Assembly (NCBI GenBank): GCA_028534125.1
Contig: CM052832.1
Location: 21,888,001 to 21,952,000, forward strand
Direction: 5' to 3'
Length of the DNA: 64,000 nucleotides
Source of the DNA: Lama glama
Taxonomy: Eukaryota
The notes under the pieces are model-generated. The model did no database searches, had not been told where the DNA came from, and saw only the letters and a list, made by a program, of their open reading frames with translations. Numbering within the stretch: position 1 is the stretch's first letter; each line of letters begins with the position of its first letter. A program made the position numbers and the translations under genes. Below are positions 37,721-50,570 of the stretch, piece by piece.

Positions 37721-38799
37721 TAAAATCCAATGAGATAAATGAAAAAGTGCCTCTTCAGATTATTTGGGTGAATTATAAGACTCTGGAAGACCTGACCAGT
37801 CAAGTATGTATGGGACTCACCAGACAATAACAGATTGTAACAAGGCATATAAAACACAGCAAAATTGAAAAAAATCAACAAATTGCAGAACCATTCAAAA
37901 ATAAAGAATTCCTAGTCAAACTGGATATACGAATTGTGCAGATAATAACTAAAATCTATTTTCATTTTATATCACTGCAAGGTATTTGGTGAATCCTAGT
38001 GAAGATCAGGGCTATTTGATGAAAATGGTTTCTCATTTTCAAGAGAGTTTTTAGCTGTAAAAGAATGTGAGCCATGTTTTAAGTTTCTGAAGCTGTCTTT
38101 GGAAATAAACCTGAGGACATAATTGAATGATCAAGAACAAGCCCTACAAAGTTAGCTCAATTTTAAGAAGATTAAACATACTAGCCATGCAATCTAATCG
38201 ACAAATATAACCTAAACTGAAATTTATAGTACGTAAGATGTTTGCACCCATCTGGCATCATGGAAATGTATTTTCTCACATGAAACTGACAAATCTGACA
38301 CTCAGCACTAACTTCAGTGGTACAAATCTAGAATCAAATGGGACATGTGCCCTGACACCCTTATTCTCAAGAATGCAGTCATGAATTTGACCAAAATGTT
38401 ATCAATTTCTAGCATTAGCCTTCTATATGCTGTCAGAAATAGATCATATTTAACCACTGCTTACAACTTTATTATTCATGTAGTCTACACACAGACTGCT
38501 CATTATGTGGCGTGCTAGTGAAATTATCTGGACACTAATTTACACTACACTCTACACTAATAAAAAATTTCAAAATCCATGGTACACAGAGGCAGGTCCC
38601 TCCAAAAAACAAGTGCAGGAGGAAAGCTTCATGACGACTCAATACTAACCAACTAAAGGGCCAATGTGGTATCACCTTCTGAAGCAACTGATTACTAATA
38701 AGAGCACATAGACACCAAATGTTTCCCCCAATGTTTTTTCTCCTGAATTTGGAAATAAAAAGTCAAATATTTAACTTATCTTTTAAAATGTCCATATTT

Positions 38800-39640
38800 T
38801 TAGAGCTGCATGCAGAAGTTATATATGGGTCATAAAACATGGTATCTGGGATTGCTTTCTTCAGAAAAAACAGAAATAATGAAAGAAGGATAAATATTAA
38901 TCATTACATCTGTTGATAGGTATGGGGGCAGTTCACTGAAGTATTCCCTCTACTTGTCTGTATGTTTGAACTTTCATAATAAACAAACATAATTCTTAAA
39001 TATGTAAAAAATACAAATGTATACAGCAATTTAGTGTGTGGTAAAGGTAGCATTTCAAATTAGAAGAGAAAAGATAAATGACTCAGTAAACAGTATCAGG
39101 AGAATTGGTCAGTCATCAGGAGAGAGTGGAGAGGGTTGGAACCACCTGTCACACATAAAATGAATTCCATGTAGCTCAAAGATTTAATGTAAGAGAATGA
39201 AACTATTAAAGACACAGAAGGAACAATGAGAAAATTACAATTATCTTGGAGTAAAAGAAAACATTGATAAAGTCAACTGTATAAAAACCAATTACCTTCT
39301 TCGTGGCAAAAGCAACCATCAACAGCAAACACAACAAAGAGGGGACAATCTGGAAATCCTATCACAAAGGATTACTTTCTCCAACAGAAACTAACCACAA
39401 ATTAGTAAGCATCATCCAATGGGAAAAATGATAAAAGGGCATGGACAGGTCACAGAAAAGGAAAATAAAAATAGCTCTTATGAGAAATGAGAATTAAAGA
39501 CACTAAAACACCATTTTTCATCAGATTAGCAAAGAAAGCAATTTGGCAACATCTATCAAAATTATAAATGTATGCACTGTTTAACCCAGTAATTACACTT
39601 CTAGGTATTTACTCTACAGATATATTTACACATGTGTAAA

Positions 39641-39682
<42 letters not shown>

Positions 39683-39990
39683 GGGTATCCTTGCAGCATT
39701 GCTGGTAAAAGCAAAAGATAAGAACAAAACAACATGAATGTCTGAAATGAAGGGTCTGGTTAAAAAATTATTCTGCATCTATGTGAGATGTATGTTTATG
39801 TATGTGTGTGTGACTGTGTATGTACATTTCTTTTTATAATTCCATATCCTCCTTTATAAAGAGAAAGAAACTAACACTAGGTATCTTCAGAAAGACTTAG
39901 CAGGTGGAGCAGATGGATGAAGACATTGCTATATACCTTTTGGGTTCCTTTTGAATTTTGTGCCATGTGAATAAATTATCCATTCAAAAA
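38800..39990 (+). mobile_element. Ancient L1ME-like fragments with (AC)18 at 39644-39679
   Basis: atttggcaacatctatcaaaattataaatgtatgcactgtttaacccagtaattacacttctaggtatttac. Confidence 0.65.
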
Positions 39991-40689
39991 AATGTTTAAT
40001 ATTCTTATTTTGATCCAAAAAGTAATAATAAATACCAGAGTCTTGGTTACATACATTATTAATTTAAAATTGAAATACGTAACAAATGTGTTGGTCCTGG
40101 GTCACAAAGAAAGTCTTCCCTATCCAAAATATACTAATAAAAAAAGTTAGCCTTCTGAAAATGATACTATCACTTTAAAATACTAATTTGCTCTCATTGA
40201 GACCATTAGAATACTTCCTCCAACCAAAGAGGTAGCAGGAACAATTAACTGTCCATTACTTCACTGGTCTAGATTATTAAGAGCAATTCATGGTTGGCCT
40301 GCAATCCTTCTGTGCACTAAAGTAAGATGATGAAATGGTCACCACTGAAAGAAAATTATTCTGGGGTGGGTAGATGTGAACTAATGTACCTTCTCAGGCC
40401 AGAAAGGAGGCAACAGAAACAAAGGGCAGTTAAGTGGCTAAAAGAATGCAATTTACAGCAGAGAAACATGGGAAAATTCCAGAGAAGCATGAAAGATGGG
40501 CCCAGAAGTTACTGTTGATAAAATAAAGAGATGGTCATCCTAGCATGCAAAGTTAGTATTTCATACATATATATAAATTCAAGAATGTATTAACAATCTG
40601 CATGAAAATGTGGAATGCTGAACACAGACTTCTTTAGGTATAGTTAATACACAGATGGATTTTCAAATATGCACTAAAATTTACTGTTA

Positions 40690-41180
40690 CCATGTATATT
40701 TGAGTGTAACACTGTCAAGGAAATTCCAGAAAGTATGGTAAAAAGACAAACAGAAAATAAAAGAAAAATTAGAAGGCAAAGAAGTTCAGTCACAAGGGCT
40801 GACATATACAACAGGACTGCCAGAAAAAGATAAAGAAAGTAAAGGTATGGAAATAAAGAATAAAATTTAAAGCTTCTGACTGATAATCCCAACCCCACTA
40901 AGCATCATAACCGAAAAATCATCCACCACCTGGAAATACCCTTCTGATATTTCAGACTGAGGCTAAAGATAAGGTCCCAAACATTTTCTAAAAAGGAAAG
41001 ATAAGAAAAGCTACCTACAGAGAGAGAAAAAACTAGACTGTCATCAGACTTCTTATCTCTTAGATTGAATTCTAAAAGGAAAGAATACTTCAAAGATCTG
41101 AGGGAAAATTATTTTCAATATAAAAAATTGTACCCATTCCAACAAGTATGAAACATCTTCAGTCATGCATGAGCAAAGAA
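40690..41180 (+). mobile_element. Ancient L1 ORF1-like fragment
   Basis: agactgtcatcagacttc...aatacttcaaagatctgagggaaaattattttcaa resembles the L1 ORF1 C-terminal coding region. Confidence 0.55.
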
Positions 41181-43159
41181 TTTACTACTGCAGATCTTTT
41201 TGGGCAGATCTTAGATTCAAGACTGATCTAAGCCAAAGCTGAGTGAAGAGGAGACCAGACGAAAATACAACCATAAGTAATTTCAAAGTCCAAACTATTC
41301 AAAAATAATATTAAGTGTCCCAAGAGTCCAAGTGGAGACAGCAAAAGAGGGACAGCACACACACTCACTGCCCTCCTACACACACACACACACACACACA
41401 CAGAGGGCTGTGAACAACAGTCCCAACAGTGTCCTCCCAATCCCAACAAGGCCTGTAACTCTGCTACAGCCGGATACACGCAACACCAAACTTTATTTCA
41501 CAGCACAGAGTCATACACATGAAAAGGAATCACTTATAAATGTCTAATAATTTCAAGATTTATTTTTACTGTATAAAATTGTTCCAAATCCAACCCTATG
41601 AAAAATCATTCCTGTAAAGGTTTTTGCCTCATTATGAAAACACCTTTTCCAATTCTCATCACGCCAGATGCAATCACAAACCACAAACACCAGTACTTTG
41701 ATAGCGTTAAAAACAAAGCCTATCACGCAAATCTTTTTGAGTAACTCAATCATGTGCTATTTATTTTTTATAACGCATTACCCCTTGCTAAGAGAGGATA
41801 AAGATGCTAAACAAGCATTATCGTGTTCTTTCCTGATCTGGTTTCCCAAGGTAGCACTAGCTCCAACTTGTAGACTAAACCAGTTGTAAAGTACTCGACT
41901 GCAGGCAACTTCAGACATTCTCATTTACTCCATGCTCACAAACTGAAAGTTGGCTTCCTCTCTACTGGTATCTGTCACAGTTTTAACAGATGGTGCCATT
42001 CAATGGGGAAGGTATGGTACCGAATACAACTAACTAACCATATGCCAGCAACAAAACAGTGTTCTTGTCAAGGAAGTAACACAATGAGTTCTACTTACAT
42101 GTTTGTTTTCTGATAGAGTAGAACACAGTACAATGCAGTTACAGAAACTTGTACTAACCTGGTATCAGGAACACACCTCAAAAGCACTAGAAAGATCTTC
42201 AGTTTCTTAAATTGTTCAACTCTCTAAAGCACACAGAGCATACCAAAGAAAACGAAAGTACACAAAGTGCTGATTTCACTTTCACAATCAAACACTGAGA
42301 ATTATTTTTATTAGCTCAAGAACTTTCTCAACTCTGGCCATAGGTTTTAGACATTACCAGAAGCAATAATATCATTTATATGGCAGGCACTAAACTTCTT
42401 CCTCCAGTAAATCTCCATCTGTCCAAATGGTGATGTCTTAGAAATCTACTATATCTTTGTTAATTTATTTCGGGAACAACAGAACATTCTTAGACTTAAA
42501 GTTCTATCAGTGATCTATTAAGAGCTATCTCAGTACACCTCTATCTAAACATTCCTAAAAATGCTATAGGCTTAATCCAAAAAACACATACTGGCATTGA
42601 ATGTGTTCAACTCTACCCCATTTTTAGAACCACTGTCTTCCAAAACAAAAAAGGTAGCCACCAACCCCCTGTCATAATAACTCTGCTTTTACAGTGTTAT
42701 TTCATTGTGCTTTGGGATCAGATGGTTTTATTTGAGAAAAAGACTCTCTGAATCTGTCTTCTATAATACTAACATTATGACTTCAAGTGCTATCTGATAT
42801 AGAAATCTGCAATAGTCTGAATCATTTAACAAGAATGCATAATTAACTGATTAAATTATGCCCCTAAAAATATGTAACTATTTTACTTACAAACATGCAT
42901 CCATCTCAACAAAATAAGTATGGGCATTAGAACAAAAAGTACATTAGTCAGAACAGGGAAAACACAAAACCTGGGTTAGGCTACTCAGTCAATACTTCCC
43001 TTTTTCTGTTAATTTGGTGACCAGAAGAAACTGAGATAACCTTAGAAGTACTTTCAGTTCTTCAGTTTTTGCTCTTTACCCAAGGAAAGAAATGTTCATC
43101 TATTACCTTCAGAAAAAGCAACTGCACCACGCAACTCATGCATGTGATGAAGTGTAAGG

Positions 43160-43350
43160 AACACCTGCCTACAAGTCAAGTCCCAGGCACAACCCCTGCT
43201 TACATACTAGCAGTGACCTTAAGCAAACTACTTAAACCCTAATAAGCCTCAAAAATCTCCATCTTTAACATGAGATTAACACCACATTCCTCACTGGATT
43301 TGTCAGGAGGAGAGATGAGATAATATATGTAAAGCACCTGGCACGGAATA
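43160..43350 (+). mobile_element. MIR SINE
   Basis: actagcagtgaccttaagcaaactacttaaaccc...gagataatatatgtaaagcacctggcac. Confidence 0.75.
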
Positions 43351-44059
43351 AGGCCAAAAGGAGCCAAAGAAATAAAATCCTCACTTCCTAAGACTCACAA
43401 ACAGCCAGAATACCCTTCAAAAGCTCAGGGGAGCCACAAGGTTTTGCCATTTTCACCCTGGACTGAAACAGATTTTATGAAAAGTTTCATCAAAGTTAGC
43501 TTTCTTCTCTCCTGTTTCATACCCAACTTTTTTGCAGCATGTCTGGATCGACTCCTTTCAGCCTGATAGATTTTCCAACATTCACTACGCAGATTTCAAA
43601 TCAGCAAGTAACAAACACAGACCTATATCCTTAAGACAAGACCTTGGGAATATTGTGCTTCAAAAGCTTCTCCTCTGCTTATTTGTGTTTCTCATCCTGC
43701 ATTTATCTACACATGATTCTTTGGTGCTCAGATAAACTCTAGTCGCAGATTTCTCTGCTACCTTTTTGAAATTCTACACTTTCAACTTCTCTGTGCTCAC
43801 AAACCTACAGAGGCAATCAGGTCAATCTTATCGGCTTTGTCTCTTCTATATTCTACAATTTATAAGAGAAAACTCTGGAGACACACAAATCTTCGATTAA
43901 AAAAAAATCTTTCTATGATTAAGAAGTGGTTACAAATGACTAAAAAACGGGCTCCCGTTATGAAGAAAGGTTTTCTTTTGACTTTCTAAATAGTCAATAT
44001 GTTTTGTTCTGTTTAATCTTAACCTATTAAATGTTACACGAATACGTGGCCTCAAACAC

Positions 44060-44912
44060 GATACTAAAAGCTCCCATCTGAAACAACCGGAAAACACGCA
44101 AAATACACAAAACAGTTTAAGATACTGAACACACTGTGAAGAGCAATGACCCCTGAGAGAGGGGATACAAGTGAGATGGGCTCTACAATTGCCCTGGTTT
44201 ACTGCCTTCACATCTGAGTTGTATTTGACCAAGACAGTCCAGAGGAATCCAAATTGACAAGAATTAAATGGTTTACAGGACAGAGTCCCATAAAGAAGAC
44301 AGCTACAAAGCAAGAGAATTCCAGAGATCTGCAGAAGGCGCTCTGCAAATATTCAGCTGAGTACCGATCAGTGCAAACATGTGAAGAATAAACCAAGCTT
44401 AGGGAAAGTATGACCTCCGAAGAATGGAGGTAACAGTGCCCAAGCTCACACAGGGTTGGGAATAATGCCTGTTTTCTCCAGCCAGATGGAAAAACTTCCT
44501 GATTCATGGGACACTGGGTAGAGTACACAGAAGGGTCTTGCCTGAGTAGCAGCCTTTGACCGAGCATGGCTCTGGTCACGCTCAGAAGGATCAAACTGCT
44601 TCCGAGTAACTTAACTGGATCCCAGAACAAAGCTCAAGAGTATTTACAGGAATACAAAAATACTCAGCAACCAACAAGGTAAAATTTACAATGTCTAGTA
44701 TCCAATCAAAACTTCCCAGGCACGCAAAAACTAAGGAAAATAAAACCTCATAATGAGAAAAAAAATCAGTCAATCAAAACTGACCCAAAATTAACACAGA
44801 TGTTAGGATGAGCAGAAGAAACATTAAACAGTTATTATAACTATATTACATACATTCAGGAAATTAAGCGTAGACCTGAAAGGCAAAAAAAAAAGAAAAG
44901 AAAAAGAAAAAG
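44060..44912 (+). mobile_element. Old L1 5'/ORF1-proximal fragment ending in an A-rich tract
   Basis: atcccagaacaaagctcaagagtatttacaggaatacaaaaatactcagcaaccaacaaggtaaaatttacaatgtc...aatcagtcaatcaaaactgaccc. Confidence 0.6.
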
Positions 44913-44920
44913 ACTAAAGA

Positions 44921-46495
44921 TTAAACTATCTCAGCTCCTCGGGGTTGTTCATCTGGCAGAGTGACCCAAATCTTCATTCTTGAAAGACCTGACTCATTAA
45001 TCATTCTGCCCTTTTTTGAATGATGTAGTTTTCCATTAACATTTACTACTGGGAATAAAAGAACTAAGAGGAACCCCAGAAAAATCCCCTGGATTCCAGA
45101 TTTTGTCCCCATGACTCCATAATGTAACCGTAATCCAATTTCCCCCTGGTAGTCAAGCTTAATCACTCCAGCAAGTAAGTCAGCCTCTTTTTTTGCCTGT
45201 TGGTTCAGTGACATGAGGACCCCAAAATGGCTAAGTGGTAGATTCACCTTCCAATTCAGTGGAACCACTGCTGAGGTCCCTAGTGGAAACATTCTCCCCA
45301 TGGAGCCTGAGGTCTCTAAAACAGCAGAGCTCAGTACTCCCAGGACAGGTAGCATAATTTCCACAAGTGGGTTATTAGGTATACTAGTGAGAAACGCCAC
45401 TCTCACTTCCAACCCTTGATTTCCAGAGCCATGGATTCTGACCATGGAAAAGACAGAACCATATAATTCAAAGTATATACTACATCCTGTAATACAGAAC
45501 CCTATCCTTTCATGGTACTTTCTCAACTGGTGCTATAATGAAGTATTCAGTAAGCCATTCCACTTTTCAGTAAGGCCAGCCACCTTCAGGTAATGGGGTA
45601 TCTGGCAAGACCAGTTAATTCCAAGGGCAGGAGCCCATTCTGCAGCTTCACTATCGTGGAATGAACTCCTCGATCAGAAGCAACACAATACAAAATGCCA
45701 TGACAATAGATAAAGTATTCTGTGAACCCAGACTGTGGTGCTGGCAGAAGCATTACAGGTAGAAAAAACAAATTCATATGCAAAATATGGGAGTATTCCA
45801 GTGAGGATAAGTCTTTGCCCTCTCTATGACAGAAGAGGTCCACCATAATCAACCACCAGCAGATGGCTGGCTGGTTCCCTTGGAGAAGGTGCCATGTCAG
45901 GGACTCGATGCTGAACTCTGCTGTTGGCAGATTAGGTACTCAGTAACAGCACTAGCCAGGTCAATCTTGTTAAAAGAAAGTCCATATTATTGAACTATGA
46001 ACCCTCCAACCCTGCCAACACAGCCACTTTTTCATGGGCCCACTGACCAAGTGCTAGGGCTGCTGGAGAAAGATGCTAACTGACATTCACAGAGAGTTTT
46101 GTCTACTTCATTAGTAAGAGTCTCCTTTGCAGCAGATGCCCTTTGGTGGGCATTCACAAGAGACACAATCTTCACAGTCTGTGACTAGTCAGAGGGGGCT
46201 ATCCACATATCTCCTCCCTAGACTTCCTTGTCACCTATGTTCAGATCCTGCTCCTTCCAGACAAAACATTAGCAACTGCCCGTTAATCAGTGTAGCTCTT
46301 TATCTCTGGTCATCTCCCACTCCAAACATAGTAGGCAATAAAATATACTGCTCAAAAATTCTGCCCAATGTACGGATTTTCCCACCATTGTCATTCATGG
46401 TCAGTCTTCAGTGGGGTTTTAGTGCTACAGTGTCTACTTTTAAGTGACTAGCATTTTATGCAGAATCATTTGTAAAGCAGGCTCAAGTTTTTTTC
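44921..46495 (-). mobile_element. ERV-L internal fragment: RNase H, integrase and dUTPase (pol), degenerate
   Basis: Minus-strand peptides RIHGSGNQGLEV, VPLNWKVNLPLSHFG, AGVIKLDYQGEI, FPVVNVNGKL, MKIWVTLP and GILYCVASDRG match HERV-L/MuERV-L pol. An RNase H-like stretch lies near 46360-46490. Confidence 0.9.
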
Positions 46496-49400
46496 ACCTT
46501 TGCTCAACTGATCACAAGGAACACCAAAGAGGCCACAGGCAAAGATTGAAAAAGAAGAAGCAAAGAAACAAAAGTTGGCATCAAAGGCGTCTGAGCCACC
46601 TACTCAAACAACCTACTTATACCTTCCATACCAAGTTGCCACCATTTGCATTTAATTACGTGTTTCTGCTCTTTCTCAGAGATACTGAGACTTCCATAAT
46701 CATGTACAAAACATTCATCAATAACACTGATTTTCTCAGTAATCTGACCTAAGTGTGGGCCACAGGGAGAGCAAGTCGAAAAGAAAACTGAAGATTTAGT
46801 AATGCCATCCAAGGGAAATTGCCAGTTCCCTCAGGGGATCCAGGATCAATCTAAGAACATGACTGTTTATCATTCAGCACACCACAGAATTTAGGAACAA
46901 AAAAACATGCTAGGTTTCACAGAGGCATGCCTCACTTTAGATAACACACATCCTAATCTAATATTGTACATAAAGTGAATTTTACAAATCTAGTAATTCA
47001 AATACACTAAGGGGTTGTACACTAGCCAGAAATAATTTATAAATACTGTTACAAAATATTTTATATTTATATTCTCATCCATCCAGGCTTTTTTGTTTCA
47101 TCATTAGATTTGCTCAAGGCAGCCAAACGCTTTATAAATAAAAATAAATAGCTTGAGTATTATTCAATTATCATCTTATTAAAAACATATTTGAAAAGGC
47201 ATAGAGACTATTCATGATAAAAGGAGAAATTTTTTTTAACAGAAATTGTATTAAGGACTTTTTTAATAGAAAATTACTTAAGGACTGATTTTCAGTCACT
47301 ACCTCAAAAGTATTATCATCCTGAGGTCCTAACAAAGAATAATAACTTCAGTGAAATTGATAGAATCAAACTGTTCAAATACAAAGACCTATTCAATGGC
47401 CTAACACCCTTACCAATATATTTACAGTAGGTTTAACACAGATGGAGAAAGGTAAAATAAGAGGTGTGATTTTCCTCTGCCTTTGCAAATCTCAGGCAAT
47501 CACTGTTCTAAGAAGTAATCAACCTTTGTAAATAGCCAGGAACTTCATCTGAAAAGGAGATTTATATAAGCTTCCTGCCTCCAGTGAATCATTACACATG
47601 CAGACACTCATACAATATTTAATAAAAAGAATCATCTTCTCTAAACAATAACAAGGACAGACAAGACCAGATGATTGGGAAGTTATCGGCTAACACCAGA
47701 AATAAAGCCTACAGCAAAGCAAACGCCAACATGAAATGAACAAAGTTAGTGTAATTTCTTTCAAAATTATAAAATAAACCAAGCTGTAAACCCCTCCTGA
47801 ATGATCCGCCTACCAAGATCCTTACAGAGAGGATTTGACACCGCACAGCTGCTAGGATTTATAACATGCTATCCACCATTTCCAGTACAAGAAGGCAAAC
47901 TGTCAGACATGTTACTGACATTGTGACATGATACCACAGCTAATTTCCAGAAAAGATTATCAGTAAACCAAATGTGCTTAGATTAGTTTTTCATCATGAC
48001 AGCCAGTCAGAGCTGCACATGCTACATAAATAAGGTGTTAACATTTTGCTCACTATACCTTGAGCTATCAAGAAGACAATTTTATGCAAATTTTCATCAA
48101 CTGTAAATGGAGCTGGGTTAATAATCATAGATCTAGATTCAATATGCAAATTAGATTTAAATACCTAAGACAGAGTTATCCTGAGAACGTTGCCTGTCAC
48201 CATACCTTTTTATTTGGTACACACTATAATCTTTCATATCCACAGCATTTGAACTCTTAACAATACACAAAGTTAAATGAGCCGAATCACTATGCAAATT
48301 TTACCAAAAACTCCTTTGAGAAACACAAATAAAACATACAGGTGGTAATATTTGTATAAAGCACCCAGTGTTTGCATGACTGAGTAAGTTTGCATAGGAT
48401 GGGTCAAACAAGAACAGTTCCAGAAAGGGTAGGACTTCTCCAGGAACTTTCTATTCTGAAGACGAAGCAAACATGAACACTCAACCTGACATAATGGGGG
48501 GAAAGGGGGTATGATACAACTGAATCAACTGATTAATACTGTGACTTTGCTCTTTTCAAGTTATTATCTAACATTTATTATCTATTACCTTATATGTCTG
48601 GATTTCTGGGGTTTTTCCAAGACTTTAGTGACAAAGGGATGAAAAATAAAGACATATATTTCTTTGCAGTTTTATAAACTATTGAAGCATACACAGAAAC
48701 TAATAAATGACTTTATCTAGAGAGGACATGAGAACAGCATTTAAGGAATTCAGAAATCCAGACAGGAACACACTTTTGCCTGTAAATCTTTTTATGTCTT
48801 AGGTATTTTAAACTATGTGAAGATATGACCTATTCTAAAGAGTAAATTAATAAAAATGTAAATAAAATGATGTGACAATACACCAGAGCAGCAGAAAATA
48901 CCTTTTATTAACCACAGAAGTTAAATGTGGAATTTTAACATTCCAACAGACTGCAATTAAATTTAGGTAGACAAAAAAAGCACTAAAGATATTTTATAAT
49001 TATAATTTTAAAAAACCTCAATAACTTCTTTTGCTATATACAAAACCCCCAGAGAATAAAAGCAGAAATGCCAATGTTCAAGTATATGAAAAATAAATGT
49101 TCCTTTTCATCTTCCTGAGGCAGAAATCTTATAACATGTAGTAAATCTATTTTAATTACCGTTATTCTCAGTGCTAAAAACTAATTAATTATTAACAGTT
49201 GATAAAATTAGCTGTTTGAAATGTTTAATTTGATTCGTTTCGTATGTGTATTTTAATGAACACAATAGACATTTCTCAGTAGGCCACCATTTATGAATTT
49301 AAAACATGCGTCTATGCTCGTGACAGGAGGTCACGTCATTAATGACTTGCTTCAGCAAGACGTGTCAGACTCATAGCACATGCCATATTTAATGCAGAAG

Positions 49401-50379
49401 TTCAGACACATTCTCTCTTCAAAACTAGCTATAGCCTATTTTTCAGTCATCACTCTACAGCCTTCAAAATCAATATTAAGCTCAGTAAGCTGAGGTTTCA
49501 GTTTAGAAATAATTTTGCCTTCTGGGGAGAAGAAAACCAGAATGTGACAGTAACAAAAGTAAATTCTGATACAAATCTAGCATACATTACAACTTTCCCT
49601 AGATTCCAGATTATTGCAATGATTCTGTCACTATAACCATTACAAATGTAAGAATTTAAGGAAATGCAGCTCCATCTAATAGTGCCTCTGAAACTCCTTT
49701 AATCCTTTAATGCCTTTACAGCTTGATGTGGCACCCATACCAACACTCTAAAAGGACTGTGATTCGTATTACAGGCACTCCAGGGTCCAGCCACCATAAC
49801 AGCCTCACAACAGATACTGACAGGCAGAGAGGAGGGAATAATAGACAGGAAATGAAGGAGGTAGAAAATGTTGGCTCAGCACTCACATCCTTTGCTTTAA
49901 CACTCAGTGGTGAAACCTTGATGATCCCCACCGTGTTCCTCTCACAGCCAGCAATTAAGAAACATTTATTTTAATTCTGTCTAAAGCCCTGAATCCCAAA
50001 AGCATTCCTCTTTTTTGCAGACTCTAGATATCCATTTAGCAGGATACCACTAAATATTACAAAAGACTAAGGAAAAAGGAAAATGGATATTGGACAGGGT
50101 TTTCAGGAGAAAAAAATATAAATACTACAAGTAATAAAATTATGGCGCCCTACTCTGCAGTAGGTCATTTAGATATGCATCTCTAGGTCTCTTGATGACT
50201 TTTATTAGGTGCAACATAGTATAATCTTCATCTTAAAGATGAAAACTCAGAGATGAAGTCAAGTAAGTTCAGAGAATCACATAACTTGGACAAAGCAAGA
50301 ATTCAAACACAGACCTATTAGTACTAATAAGAACAACAATAACAGGAGCAGCAGCTGCCTCTAACTACTGTATTGTTTC

Positions 50380-50570
50380 TTCTCAATACACATTTATGCA
50401 CTTCCAAGTGTCTTAAAAATACATTAATCTAAATTCATTTATTATTCATAATAACCATACAGAAGAGGTACTATTATCCTGCTTAACAGATGAGAAAACT
50501 GGGTACAGAGAGGTTAAACAACTCACTCAAGGCGACACAGCAAATAAGTAATGAAGTGGCTCTTGGACTT
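50380..50570 (-). mobile_element. MIR SINE
   Basis: acagatgagaaaactgggtacagagaggttaaacaactcactcaaggcgacacagc. Confidence 0.75.

Noticed and set aside
43515..43820. Possible ~280-nt cryptic exon on minus
   Set aside because: Weak splice sites, multiple stops and no other support.
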